From contig CAJMBK010000008.1 of NCBI GenBank assembly GCA_905211645.1, forward strand, positions 8,272 through 72,271: a stretch of DNA of 64,000 nucleotides, written 5' to 3'. Source of the DNA: an uncultured Bacillales bacterium (GTDB lineage: Bacteria > Bacillota_I > Bacilli_A > RFN20 > CAG-288). The notes beneath the pieces are model-generated. The model was not told the DNA's origin. It did not search any database and saw nothing but the letters and a program-made list of their open reading frames with translations. Shown here piece after piece: positions 1-9,314 of this stretch. Numbering within the stretch: position 1 is the first letter of the stretch; every line of letters starts with the position of its first letter. Both the position numbers and the translations under genes were made by a program.

Positions 1-234
1 TCCAATAACAAGTAAGATAGTTCCAAAGATTCTGAAGTCAACTAAGCCTAATCCGATTAAACTTCCGAATGATTTTTGAGCAAGGTAGAGTGGGTTTTCG
101 GTAATAGGCGTGATATTCATTGCACAGATACCTAAGATTGAAAAGACAAAACCTGTAACCCAAATTACACCGAAAAGTGATAACCAAAAGATTTCAACTC
201 TAGTGACTTTAGTTTGTTTTTCTTTATTAGCCAT
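1..234 (-). CDS. membrane protein, N-terminal part only (gene continues past window start)
   Basis: ATG at 234 (minus) overlaps stop of upstream gene by 8 nt; translation MANKEKQTKVTRVEIFWLSLFGVIWVTGFVFSILGICAM... has two hydrophobic helices; no family recognised. Confidence 0.4.
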   Translation of the reverse strand, partial: MANKEKQTKVTRVEIFWLSLFGVIWVTGFVFSILGICAMNITPITENPLYLAQKSFGSLIGLGLVDFRIFGTILLVIG

Positions 235-1192
235 TGTTATACCTTTTATTTAGCTTGTTCTGCAGGAGTTTGAGATTGTTTTGCTCTCTCAAATCCTTTT
301 CAAACTCGATGAGTTCGTTGTATGTCTTTGTGAATAAACCAGAATATTCTTCATGTGCCTTAGAGATGATTGGTGAGAAGATATTTGTGTATTCAACAAA
401 GAATTGTCTCATATCTTGAGGTTTGACACCATTTAATAATTCATAGTCAGAGAACTTGAGTTCACCGGTGTAGACTTTGAAACCTTCGGTGAATTTCTTT
501 TGTGCTGCCATGAATTCATCATCGTGTTCTTTGGAGTGGTTGACGATGAAGTTTGCAATACCGAATAATCTTTCCATTTCTTTAGCAATGAATTTGACGG
601 ATGGATCTTCAAAAGCTTTGCCAGATTTTGGATCGATATCTCTGTTTGGATCGTAGAAATTTTTAACTGCGTTGTTGAATTGGATGAACTTGGTGTTTAA
701 AAGCATAGCCATGATTCTTAAAACAAGTGAACGGTAGAATCTATCATCCAAATCTAACATACGAATAAATTCATCTTCCAAATCTTTTGTAGGTTTCAAA
801 GATTGTCTGAAACCGTTCAAGATATCGGTTAATGTTTCGTGGATGCCAGCGATGTAGTCGATTAAATCCATGAATAAGGATTCTTCAACTCTGAGGGATT
901 GAGTACCATCCTCAGCATGAACTAAGGTAACAATTCTTGAATTTTCAGCATAGACATCATTGTAGAAATTATTAACTTGTTCTTTGATCTTGGCACCTGT
1001 TTCGCCATTGTTCTTGCAGAAGTTTGAGAATGGAGTATTTTCAGCTGTCATTCTCTTTAAAATATCTCTTCTAATTAAATATTTGTGAACGGAAAAACCT
1101 TCCTTAGGTGGATTGACAAAATATTCTAATGTTTCACGAAGGACTATTGAAATTTCATAAATACCAAAAATGTATCTTTCACTTAAATTCAT
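227..1192 (-). CDS. hypothetical soluble protein (321 aa), no recognisable family
   Basis: Long clean ORF, low-GC codon usage consistent with neighbours; no motifs recognised. Confidence 0.5.
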   Translation of the reverse strand: MNLSERYIFGIYEISIVLRETLEYFVNPPKEGFSVHKYLIRRDILKRMTAENTPFSNFCKNNGETGAKIKEQVNNFYNDVYAENSRIVTLVHAEDGTQSLRVEESLFMDLIDYIAGIHETLTDILNGFRQSLKPTKDLEDEFIRMLDLDDRFYRSLVLRIMAMLLNTKFIQFNNAVKNFYDPNRDIDPKSGKAFEDPSVKFIAKEMERLFGIANFIVNHSKEHDDEFMAAQKKFTEGFKVYTGELKFSDYELLNGVKPQDMRQFFVEYTNIFSPIISKAHEEYSGLFTKTYNELIEFEKDLREQNNLKLLQNKLNKRYNNG

Positions 1193-1274
1193 TAAAAAAT
1201 TACCTCCAAATAGTTCTTGTTTAAACCTTCCATATAATTATAAAACACATAAAAGTTTTTTATCATTAATATAA

Positions 1275-2174
1275 TTATAAAATCTTCTTTTTGAAGTTGA
1301 ATCTGACTAAATCTTCCTCATTAATAAAATCGTCATAGATATAATCTGACAATTCTGAAACTTTGTTGACCCAATGCAACGCATGGTGTTTAACTCTTGG
1401 ATGGGAATGATTCATGCAGAATGAGTGAGGAAATTCTTTGAATAAGCAGATATCATTTCCAGAATCTCCAACAACGTAGACTTCGTTTTTATCGATTCCT
1501 TGCTTCTCAATATACCTTTGCAATGCTAAAGCTTTTGTCGCATTTACTGAAGTTATTTCAATAGATGAATCGGAATCAACCACATTAACTTTATCTCGAT
1601 AATGTTCTTTCAAAAGTTTAGAAAACTTGTAAGCATCATCAAAATTAGTTTTTCCTAAACCGAAATTGATAACAAGTTTATAAATCTTCTCAGTTTTAAT
1701 CTTATTGATAAATTTATTCTTGTTAAAAATTAAAGATTCCCTATATGAAAATCTTAAAGCACCAACTGCTTTAACAATTAAATCGAGGGCGACATTCATC
1801 TTTGAATAGACAAGCATTCCATTTGCTAAGTCAAATAGAAGCCAACATTTGATACCTTCATAATCTTGATATTTATTGAAGATTTCCATGATGATATCGT
1901 TATTCAAAGGATTCAAATCGTAAATCTGATCGTTTTCATCGACTGTGAAACCACCATTGCAACCGATGTAACCAATCTTTGATTTAATCTTTTTTTCAAT
2001 CTTGTGCTTTAATTTAGGATTTCTTCCTGTGATGCAGACAACTTTTCCGCCATTTCTTGCAAAATCAGAAAGGAACTTTACATTGTCCTTATCTATCAAC
2101 GATAAATATTTTTTAGGATAAAGTAAAGTTCCATCTAAATCAGTAGCGATAAGTTTAATTTGATTATTAGACAT
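1275..2174 (-). CDS. HAD-superfamily hydrolase, Cof-type (subfamily IIB)
   Basis: N-terminal DLDGTLL motif, C-terminal GDSGND motif, ~300 aa cap-containing architecture. Confidence 0.8.
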   Translation of the reverse strand: MSNNQIKLIATDLDGTLLYPKKYLSLIDKDNVKFLSDFARNGGKVVCITGRNPKLKHKIEKKIKSKIGYIGCNGGFTVDENDQIYDLNPLNNDIIMEIFNKYQDYEGIKCWLLFDLANGMLVYSKMNVALDLIVKAVGALRFSYRESLIFNKNKFINKIKTEKIYKLVINFGLGKTNFDDAYKFSKLLKEHYRDKVNVVDSDSSIEITSVNATKALALQRYIEKQGIDKNEVYVVGDSGNDICLFKEFPHSFCMNHSHPRVKHHALHWVNKVSELSDYIYDDFINEEDLVRFNFKKKIL

Positions 2175-2211
2175 TTTTATATCTAATTAATTGTAAGTTT
2201 AGTAAAGATAA

Positions 2212-2748
2212 TTATTCTTGAACTTCGATTAAACCGAAGGCACCGTCATCACGGTTGTAGATGACATTTACTAAACCAGTTGCAGAATCGAGATAAATGA
2301 AGAATGAGTGACCTAAAGCTTCCATTCTGGTGATAGCTTCATCTTGATCCATAGGGGTTAATGTTAATTGTTTTTTCTTTACGATAGTAGGAACTTCATC
2401 TTCCATCTCTTGTAAATAATCGAAACGGAAGCCTTTTGCTAAATTTTTATGTTTAGTCTTTCTTTCAATTTGAGTTTTAACTTTTCTCATTTGACCTTCA
2501 AGACGATCGATTGCCAAATCGAGAGCAGCATACATATCAGTATCGACAACTTTAACACGTAAATTGATACTGCCTGTATTGATTGAAATTTCGATAGTTT
2601 GATCTAATTTACCAGTAGATACTAATACAGTAGCTGTGAGTTGATCAGGATTTTCAAAAAGTCTTTCAATTCTTTCTAATTTCTTTTGAATTTGAGCATT
2701 CATTGATTCTGTAATTTTAACGTTTTTACCAATTACTGAAATTTTCAT
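2212..2748 (-). CDS. hpf: ribosome hibernation promoting factor (long HPF/YvyD type)
   Basis: 178 aa, N-terminal RaiA/HPF fold sequence (MKISVIGKNVKITESM...), C-terminal dimerisation domain typical of Firmicute long HPF. Confidence 0.85.
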   Translation of the reverse strand: MKISVIGKNVKITESMNAQIQKKLERIERLFENPDQLTATVLVSTGKLDQTIEISINTGSINLRVKVVDTDMYAALDLAIDRLEGQMRKVKTQIERKTKHKNLAKGFRFDYLQEMEDEVPTIVKKKQLTLTPMDQDEAITRMEALGHSFFIYLDSATGLVNVIYNRDDGAFGLIEVQE

Positions 2749-3049
2749 AAGACATTTTTTCCTTTCTGGTTATTAGTATTATAGCGAAAATTTAAGAATT
2801 TACTCGTCAAGATAATACTAATAAGTAGCCGTGAAATATATTATGAAATGACTTGAATATTTGGTCTAAATAATAAGAAAATTAATATAGTGTGAAAACA
2901 CTTAAAACAATTATCTTGGAAACTACAATTATTCTACGTAGAAATTACCGAATAAATTTAAAATAAATTCTATTAACCAACCATCTCATTTGATAATTTA
3001 AAAATGGCAACTTCTTAAAAAATTACTATATTAAATATATATATAAAAG

Positions 3050-3096
3050 AAAATGCTGTGTATCCCTGATTAAACTAGGTTTGCACAGCATTTTTA
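3050..3096 (-). terminator. intrinsic terminator hairpin downstream of speB (stem atgctgtg/cacagcat, A/T runs both sides)
   Basis: 8-9 bp inverted repeat 3053-3060/3084-3091 flanked by A-run and T-run. Confidence 0.4.
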
Positions 3097-3117
3097 GATT
3101 CAATACTAAATTACTAA

Positions 3118-4017
3118 TTATTTCTTATTAACTTTATGTAAGAGAAGAACCATCTCTCTTAAAACTTTGCAAGCAACTTGAGTAGAAACCTTGCTTGGAT
3201 CGTAATCAGGAGAAAGTTCAACAATGTCTGCACCGACAACGTTATGTAAGTTACTCATCAAAAGAATAGCATCTTGCAATTCTTTGTAGGTGATACCACC
3301 TGCTTCAGGAGTACCAGTGCCAGGGAAAACACTTGGGTCTAAGACATCCAAATCGATTGTGATATAAACTGGTTTATCTTTAAGTTCTTCAACAACTTTA
3401 TCTAAACCAACAGTATCAAATTTTCTTTGGTGAATATTTTTACTTGCCCAGACGAATTCACTTCTATCACCGGAACGGATACCGAATTGATACAAGTTAG
3501 CTTTGGAGTGGTCAAGCATATCGTAACATTTTCTTAAAACAGTTGCGTGAGAGAGTTCTCTACCTAAGAATTTTTCTCTTAAATCGGTATGAGCATCGAA
3601 GTGAATGATGTTAACATCTGGATATTTCTTAACAATTTCTCTCATGACACCATAAGTTGTTAAGTGTTCACCACCAATCATCATTGGGATTTTTTCATCA
3701 TCCAAAATATTCTTAACTGTTTCGGAAATAGCGTCCAAATCTTTTTCAACGTCACCCATTGGCATTTCGATATCTCCGATATCGCATGTTGGGTAATCCT
3801 TCAAATCCATATCAAAATATGGGGAATACCATTCCATTCCGATTGATTCTGCTCTTATTGCAGGACCAGCAAATCTGGTGCCAGGACGGTAGGAGCAAGT
3901 TGCATCCATTGGTGAGGAGAAGATAACAACTGAGCTATCTTTATACTCTGCATCGCAGGATTGGAAAACAGATAAATTTCTTTGATATCTATTTTTAGTA
4001 GTCATAATTAATCTCAC
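3118..4017 (-). CDS. speB: agmatinase (ureohydrolase/arginase family)
   Basis: Mn-binding motifs DAHTDL and DLDVLDP, ~290 aa, immediately downstream of Arg decarboxylase. Confidence 0.8.
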   Translation of the reverse strand: MRLIMTTKNRYQRNLSVFQSCDAEYKDSSVVIFSSPMDATCSYRPGTRFAGPAIRAESIGMEWYSPYFDMDLKDYPTCDIGDIEMPMGDVEKDLDAISETVKNILDDEKIPMMIGGEHLTTYGVMREIVKKYPDVNIIHFDAHTDLREKFLGRELSHATVLRKCYDMLDHSKANLYQFGIRSGDRSEFVWASKNIHQRKFDTVGLDKVVEELKDKPVYITIDLDVLDPSVFPGTGTPEAGGITYKELQDAILLMSNLHNVVGADIVELSPDYDPSKVSTQVACKVLREMVLLLHKVNKK

Positions 4018-5500
4018 TTTCTAAGTACCATTCATTTCTATCGATAACAAGTACTTTTCCTTCAGGGGAGTCAGAAAGAAGGACACCACCTTGATTCTGA
4101 TAAAATTCAATAAGGCTAACTGCCTGTGAGGTGATCATTTCACCTGGAATAGCAAGAGGAATACCTGGTGGATAAACCATGAGTGATTCCGAGCAGATTT
4201 CACCGATCGAATCCTTTAAATCGACCAATTTCTTTGGAGCGTGGAACGCTTGATTTGGTGTACAAAGAAGCGGTGGTTGGCTGTATTTAAATTTAGGAAC
4301 ATTCTTACTCTTTTTGATTGCGTAATATCTAGCAGAAAGTGTCTTTAAACCTTCAACTAAACGGTCGATATGCTCCTTAGTTGAACCTAATGAGATGATA
4401 CATAATACCAAACCGACTTCAGCTAGTTCAAGTTGTACATTGAACTCATTTTTAAGCATTCTGTAAACTTCAAAGCCTGATAAACCTAAACCTGTAACTT
4501 TAATCATGAGTTTAGTTAAATCGATGTCGTTACGACCATCTTTGGTGCAGTAGGATTTATCGTAGACTTTGATACCTTTAATCTGATGAAGTTTTGTTCT
4601 TGCGTATTTAGAAAGGTAAAGAACATCATCCATCAGTTTTTCACCTTCAAAATAAAGTTTCTTTCTAGTTACATCAATACTTGCAAGTAATAGATGGTTA
4701 GGTGAAGTTGAAGAAAACATTGCAAATGCCTTCTTCAAAGCAAATTCATCAATTCTCTTAGTGTTGTAAAGAATAATTGATGATTGAGTTAAACTACCTG
4801 CAGTTTTATGGAGTGATAAAGCTGAACAATCTGCTCCAGCATCCATAGCTGCCATAGGTAATTTATCTGAGAAATATAAGTGTGAACCATGAGCTTCATC
4901 GGCGATAACAATCATGTCGTGCTCATGAGCGTAATTTACAATTTTAACTAAGTCTGAAGCAATGCCAAAATAAGTAGGATTAATTACAAATACTGCTTTT
5001 GCTTCAAGATGTTCGTCTATTGCTTTCTTGTAGTTTTCAAAAGGAACACCATTTGCGATACCTGTTTCTAAGTCGTAATCAGGTGTGACAAAGATTGGAA
5101 CTGCTCCAGAAAGAATAAGTCCGTTGATGATGGATTTATGAACATTTCTTGGAAGAATGATCTTATCATTCTGCTTTAAAATGCCAACAAGCATAGTAAG
5201 AATTCCACCTGAAGTTCCGTTAACTGAGAATAAACATTTCTCAGCGTGGAAACATTCTGCACAAAGTTCTTCACTCTCTTTGATAACACCAGTTGAATGA
5301 TACAGATTATCTAAACCAAGAGGTGCGTTGATATCCAATTTATAAATCATACTACCAGCAAAATCGGATAAATCAGTATGATAATTTCCCATTTTATGAC
5401 CTGGGACATCAAAAGGTGCGGGATTACTTTGTACGTAGTTCCACATCGCAGTGAAGAATGGAGTCTTTTTCTGTCTTTGATCTAAAGTATCGTTAGCCAT
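3995..5500 (-). CDS. speA: PLP-dependent Orn/Lys/Arg decarboxylase (fold type I; B. subtilis SpeA-type arginine decarboxylase)
   Basis: 501 aa; SLHKTAGSLTQSS PLP-lysine motif; paired with agmatinase. Confidence 0.7.
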   Translation of the reverse strand: MANDTLDQRQKKTPFFTAMWNYVQSNPAPFDVPGHKMGNYHTDLSDFAGSMIYKLDINAPLGLDNLYHSTGVIKESEELCAECFHAEKCLFSVNGTSGGILTMLVGILKQNDKIILPRNVHKSIINGLILSGAVPIFVTPDYDLETGIANGVPFENYKKAIDEHLEAKAVFVINPTYFGIASDLVKIVNYAHEHDMIVIADEAHGSHLYFSDKLPMAAMDAGADCSALSLHKTAGSLTQSSIILYNTKRIDEFALKKAFAMFSSTSPNHLLLASIDVTRKKLYFEGEKLMDDVLYLSKYARTKLHQIKGIKVYDKSYCTKDGRNDIDLTKLMIKVTGLGLSGFEVYRMLKNEFNVQLELAEVGLVLCIISLGSTKEHIDRLVEGLKTLSARYYAIKKSKNVPKFKYSQPPLLCTPNQAFHAPKKLVDLKDSIGEICSESLMVYPPGIPLAIPGEMITSQAVSLIEFYQNQGGVLLSDSPEGKVLVIDRNEWYLESEINYDY

Positions 5501-5536
5501 GTAGTTTTCCTTAAAAACAACAATATTATAGATATA

Positions 5537-6712
5537 TTATTTTTGATTATTTACAAATTTTAATATCTCTTCGACTTTATCCAATTTTTCAAATGGTAAA
5601 TTTAAATCAGGACGACCAAAATGTCCATAATTTGTGAGTTTGTGATATTCAAATGTAGGTTTGAAAAGTGATAAGCTTTCGATGATATTTCTAGGCGAAA
5701 AATCGAAAACGTTGTAGAGAACTTCCAAAATTACATCTTCACTTACCTTGTTTGTTCCAAAAGTATTTACGTTGATAGAAATAGGCTTGGAATAACCGAT
5801 TGCATAGGATAATTGGATTAAACATTTGTCACAGAGTTTACTTGCAACAATATTTTTTGCTGCGTAACGAGCATAATATGTTGCAGAGCGGTCAACTTTT
5901 GTTGGATCCTTACCTGAGAAAGCACCACCTCCATGAGGAGCGTAGCCACCGTAAGTATCAACAATAATCTTTCTACCGGTGACACCGGTGTCACCTTTTG
6001 GACCACCGATAACAAATTTTCCAGTAGGATTGATAAATAATTTATAGGTAAGAGGAAGGTTAAATGAACTGACAACAGGATTGATAACTTTCTCGATAAG
6101 TTCATTCTTGAATGCTTCTAAATTGATATTATCATCGTGTTGGCAAGCGAAGACGATTGTATCAATCTTGATATCGTCTTTGTCAGTGTAATCAATTGTT
6201 ACCTGGCTCTTCATATCTGGTCTAGCGTGATTCAATTTACCTTCTTTACGTAAATTTGAAGCGACTCTGACAAGCTTATGTGCAATAACAATTGCTAATG
6301 GCATGTAGTTATCAGATTCGTTTGAAGCAAAACCGAACATGATACCTTGGTCGCCAGCACCAAAATCACCATCAGCACGGTTGACACCTTGAGCGATATC
6401 AGGTGATTGTGTGTGGATAAAATTTGCAATTTTAACTGTGGAATAGTTAAAACCGTATTCATCTTTGTCGTAGCCGATATCTTTGATGACATCTCTAGCA
6501 ATCTTTTCATAATCAACTTTATTTTTAGTTGTAATTTCACCAGCTAAAACGAGTTGATTCTCAGTTGCAAGAACTTCACAAGCACAGCGGCAAGCAGGAT
6601 CATCCTTAATGGCTGCGTCTAAAATAGCATCAGCAATTTGATCACAAACCTTATCTGGATGACCTTCAGAAACTGATTCGGATGTGAATAATATTCTCTC
6701 TTTTTTGCTCAT
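5537..6712 (-). CDS. metK: S-adenosylmethionine synthetase
   Basis: GHPDKVCDQIADAILDA and GGGAFSGKDPTKVDRSA signatures; start moved to internal Met (MSKKERILFTSE...) preceded by aaaggag RBS. Confidence 0.9.
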   Translation of the reverse strand: MSKKERILFTSESVSEGHPDKVCDQIADAILDAAIKDDPACRCACEVLATENQLVLAGEITTKNKVDYEKIARDVIKDIGYDKDEYGFNYSTVKIANFIHTQSPDIAQGVNRADGDFGAGDQGIMFGFASNESDNYMPLAIVIAHKLVRVASNLRKEGKLNHARPDMKSQVTIDYTDKDDIKIDTIVFACQHDDNINLEAFKNELIEKVINPVVSSFNLPLTYKLFINPTGKFVIGGPKGDTGVTGRKIIVDTYGGYAPHGGGAFSGKDPTKVDRSATYYARYAAKNIVASKLCDKCLIQLSYAIGYSKPISINVNTFGTNKVSEDVILEVLYNVFDFSPRNIIESLSLFKPTFEYHKLTNYGHFGRPDLNLPFEKLDKVEEILKFVNNQK

Positions 6713-6781
6713 AATACTCCTTTCCGTATTCATGTTTATTGGATTATGAAACAATTTATTGAATAAATACTAAATTGGTTT

Positions 6782-7051
6782 TTAGCGATTTGCTAAATCT
6801 TGTTTATACATTTTTAATGCTTTAGCAATTTGGTCTGGGCAGCTTGTACCCTTGGTATGGCATTCAACGCCTTCCAAACAATTGATAACTTCATCAATTG
6901 ATCTTCCTTTAACTAAGGCAGCGATACCTTTCAAATTACCGTTGCAACCACCGACGACTCTTAATGAAACAATCTTGTCATTTTCGTCAATTTCAAACTC
7001 CATTTCTTTGGAGCAAACACCTTGTGGTTTATATTTGAAAATTTTAACCAT
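6782..7051 (-). CDS. TSCPD-domain small protein (TIGR03905-like 4-Cys protein)
   Basis: 89 aa with conserved ...KGTSCPDQIAKAL... and four Cys; last gene of the rnf-linked operon. Confidence 0.55.
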   Translation of the reverse strand: MVKIFKYKPQGVCSKEMEFEIDENDKIVSLRVVGGCNGNLKGIAALVKGRSIDEVINCLEGVECHTKGTSCPDQIAKALKMYKQDLANR

Positions 7052-7053
7052 AT

Positions 7054-7614
7054 TTACCTTCTCCTTTTTATTCTTGCACGATCTTTAAATGGTGGCATTC
7101 TCACTAAAAGCATGCGGCAGATTATGGATAATAATAATCCTGCTAACATTGAAAGAAGTGCTAAGATTGCAAGATAACTAATTATATAAAATTGCATTGA
7201 GATGAGGGCGTACATTAGCACCTGTCCCGTTGCGTGGAATAAAGCAGAAACAATAGAAACAGAATAGATGGAACATTTCAAAAACTTGTAGAGTATTATT
7301 GAAATAATAACCGCAAATGTCGAACCAGAGAATGAAAGTAAAAATCCCGTTCCAAAACCGGTGGAAATTAAGCTAACCAATAAAATTCTGAAGTAAGTTA
7401 CTGCTAAATACTCCTTCCAATCAATATAAAATAGAACGAATAATCCTACAATATTTGCTAATCCCAATTTAAAACCAGGAATAGGGATTGGAATTACAAT
7501 AAGGTTTTCAAAGTAATGAATTACACTAGCAAGGGCGACAAATAATGCAATTCTTACGATACGTTCAATGGATAGATTACGCATCTGGCAAATCAGGATC
7601 AACGTAGCCACCAA
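7054..7614 (-). CDS. Gx transporter family membrane protein (heptaprenyl-diphosphate-synthase-component-I-like, PF07456-type)
   Basis: 186 aa, ~5 TM helices, sequence pattern typical of this family; overlaps upstream NusG_II gene by 38 nt. Confidence 0.5.
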   Translation of the reverse strand: MVATLILICQMRNLSIERIVRIALFVALASVIHYFENLIVIPIPIPGFKLGLANIVGLFVLFYIDWKEYLAVTYFRILLVSLISTGFGTGFLLSFSGSTFAVIISIILYKFLKCSIYSVSIVSALFHATGQVLMYALISMQFYIISYLAILALLSMLAGLLLSIICRMLLVRMPPFKDRARIKRRR

Positions 7615-8065
7615 CGATAACTATCGAAAGATGATTTGGATCGCAGATAATTGGAACGTTGGAATAGGAGATAACTCCCTGATGAGAACAGATCTTTCTA
7701 GGGCTAGTTTCCTGGACAACTTGAATGGAATGGTCAACGATTCTAACTTCAACTGTGTCGCCTACAAATTCAAATTCTTGACCATTTTCATTAGGTTTGA
7801 TGTTATTTTTTGAATCTCCGGTAATACCCATCTCTCTAGTGATAACTAATGGGTCATGCTCCTCAGTGATAGGTCTGTAGTAAATAACCTGCTGACCATA
7901 CGAGATTTGAACGTAACTCATATCATCAACGGTGTGAGTCATACCGAAAATTGTGTACATTAAAAGGGCAACTACAAGTAAAATTGAAATAGCAATTACA
8001 ATCACATCACGCACGTGTAAATTGTAGCGTGGATTAATTTTACTGTTGTTACCCATTATTTGCAC
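7577..8065 (-). CDS. NusG domain II-containing protein (DUF1312-like), N-terminal membrane anchor
   Basis: 162 aa, single N-terminal TM then beta-rich domain; classic partner gene of Gx transporter. Confidence 0.5.
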   Translation of the reverse strand: MQIMGNNSKINPRYNLHVRDVIVIAISILLVVALLMYTIFGMTHTVDDMSYVQISYGQQVIYYRPITEEHDPLVITREMGITGDSKNNIKPNENGQEFEFVGDTVEVRIVDHSIQVVQETSPRKICSHQGVISYSNVPIICDPNHLSIVIVGGYVDPDLPDA

Positions 8066-8073
8066 ACTAAAGT

Positions 8074-8388
8074 TTAGAGAGTAACTTTAACCTTCTCTCC
8101 GTTTGGACCTGTAGAATTGTTTAAATATTCAACAACTTCGTTTGCTTTGTCAGCCTTGATAACTTTGCATTGCTTGACATGAGTTTCTTTTTCAGAAAGT
8201 AATGCATCGACTAAACCGGAACAACCAGGATAGCCGCAAGCACCGCAGTTAACACCTGGCATAAGCTTCATAACTTCATCTTTTCTAGGATCATCTTTAA
8301 CAGAGAAGTATTTAACGAATAATGCGATAAGTAAACTGAATAAAATAGCTGCACCTAGTAATAAAAGTAAAATATACAAATATTCCAT
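8074..8388 (-). CDS. RnfB-like subunit, N-terminal Fe-S domain only (lacks 4Fe-4S ferredoxin domains)
   Basis: N-terminal TM + CGACGYPGC...C motif aligning with RsxB/RnfB residues 1-100; ORF ends where ferredoxin domains normally begin. Confidence 0.65.
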   Translation of the reverse strand: MEYLYILLLLLGAAILFSLLIALFVKYFSVKDDPRKDEVMKLMPGVNCGACGYPGCSGLVDALLSEKETHVKQCKVIKADKANEVVEYLNNSTGPNGEKVKVTL

Positions 8389-8399
8389 AGTTACCTCCT

Positions 8400-8723
8400 T
8401 TATTTGATTGATTTTTCTTTCTTCATCTCTTCGATGAATTTCTTCTGCTCAATTTCAAGTTCCTTCTTTTTCAAAGGTTTAACTGCTTCAAGAGGGACGT
8501 AGAGTTTTCTAGTCCCATCCTTGAAGAAATATTCTTTAATTGAGAATTCTTCCTCCCTTGAGTTGCAAGAAAGCATGCAACTTGCGCAGCCGATATCCTC
8601 TTTTGGACAATCTTCTGGGCGTTTAACTTTCTTGTTAACAAGGTAGAAAATAGCGTATAAGGCAACAAGTACAACAACGACAGGGATGATGTACAAGGCG
8701 TTGTAATTAAAGGTTAAAAACAC
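8400..8723 (-). CDS. Cys-rich small membrane protein (FeoB-associated Cys-rich membrane protein-like)
   Basis: 107 aa: N-terminal TM, KKVKRPEDCPKEDIGCASCMLSC (C-x6-C-x2-C-x3-C), charged C-terminus; sits between rnfA and rnfB-like. Confidence 0.5.
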   Translation of the reverse strand: MFLTFNYNALYIIPVVVVLVALYAIFYLVNKKVKRPEDCPKEDIGCASCMLSCNSREEEFSIKEYFFKDGTRKLYVPLEAVKPLKKKELEIEQKKFIEEMKKEKSIK

Positions 8724-8727
8724 TTAA

Positions 8728-9312
8728 TTAACCCATCATTCCAGATAAGCCTAAGAATGCAAGAGCCATACCGGCAGTGCAGATTAAGCCAATGGCTGGA
8801 CCTTTGAAACCACGAGGAACCAAAGGATTGTTTTGGATTCTTTCTTGAATTGCAGAAAAGACGTAGATAACTAAGAAATAACCTAAAGGTGTACCGATGA
8901 TTGTACCTAATGTTGTACCGACGGAAACAGCTTCACCACCTGTGTAAGCGACTGATAATGCGACGCCTAAAACAACACAGTTTGTGGTGATTAAAGGTAA
9001 GTAGATACCTAAACTCTTGTAAAGGCTTGGAACGAATTTCTTGATGAAGATTTCAAGAAGTTGGACAAAGCTTGCAATGACAAGAATGAAGATGATGGTG
9101 TTCATGAATGTAACACCGATGAGTGCAGTTAAATAGGATAAACCCCAGCAGATGAGTCCAGATAAGATGGAAACAACTGTTAAGGCAAGACCCATACCGG
9201 TAGCAGTCTTCTTATTGGAGGAGACGCCAAGGTAGGAACATAAACCTTTGGTACCGGATAAAACAACGTTGTTAACAAGTAAACTACCAAAGAATGCAAC
9301 GATAAATGACAT
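8728..9312 (-). CDS. rnfA: Rnf electron transport complex subunit A
   Basis: GIYLPLITTNCVVLG core motif, 6 TM, 194 aa. Confidence 0.85.
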   Translation of the reverse strand: MSFIVAFFGSLLVNNVVLSGTKGLCSYLGVSSNKKTATGMGLALTVVSILSGLICWGLSYLTALIGVTFMNTIIFILVIASFVQLLEIFIKKFVPSLYKSLGIYLPLITTNCVVLGVALSVAYTGGEAVSVGTTLGTIIGTPLGYFLVIYVFSAIQERIQNNPLVPRGFKGPAIGLICTAGMALAFLGLSGMMG

Positions 9313-9314
9313 GA

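Noticed and set aside
2778-2810. TTGACG and TATAAT hexamers upstream of hpf
   Set aside because: Spacer is 21 nt, too long for a sigma-A promoter; hpf is more likely driven by an alternative sigma factor I cannot recognise by eye.
5818-6540. Small ORFs inside metK (95 aa, 81 aa) and similar embedded ORFs within rnfE/rnfD/rnfC/copA/glf
   Set aside because: Fully embedded in well-supported longer genes in other frames; no independent signals.
6713-6781. Looked for an S-box (SAM-I) riboswitch upstream of metK
   Set aside because: Only 69 nt separate metK from the upstream TSCPD gene and none of the S-box conserved blocks are present; metK is probably co-transcribed or has a minimal promoter.
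8471-8677. 68-aa ORF overlapping the Cys-rich membrane protein gene
   Set aside because: Same region, different frame, no motifs; the 107-aa frame has TM + Cys motif and operon-consistent spacing.
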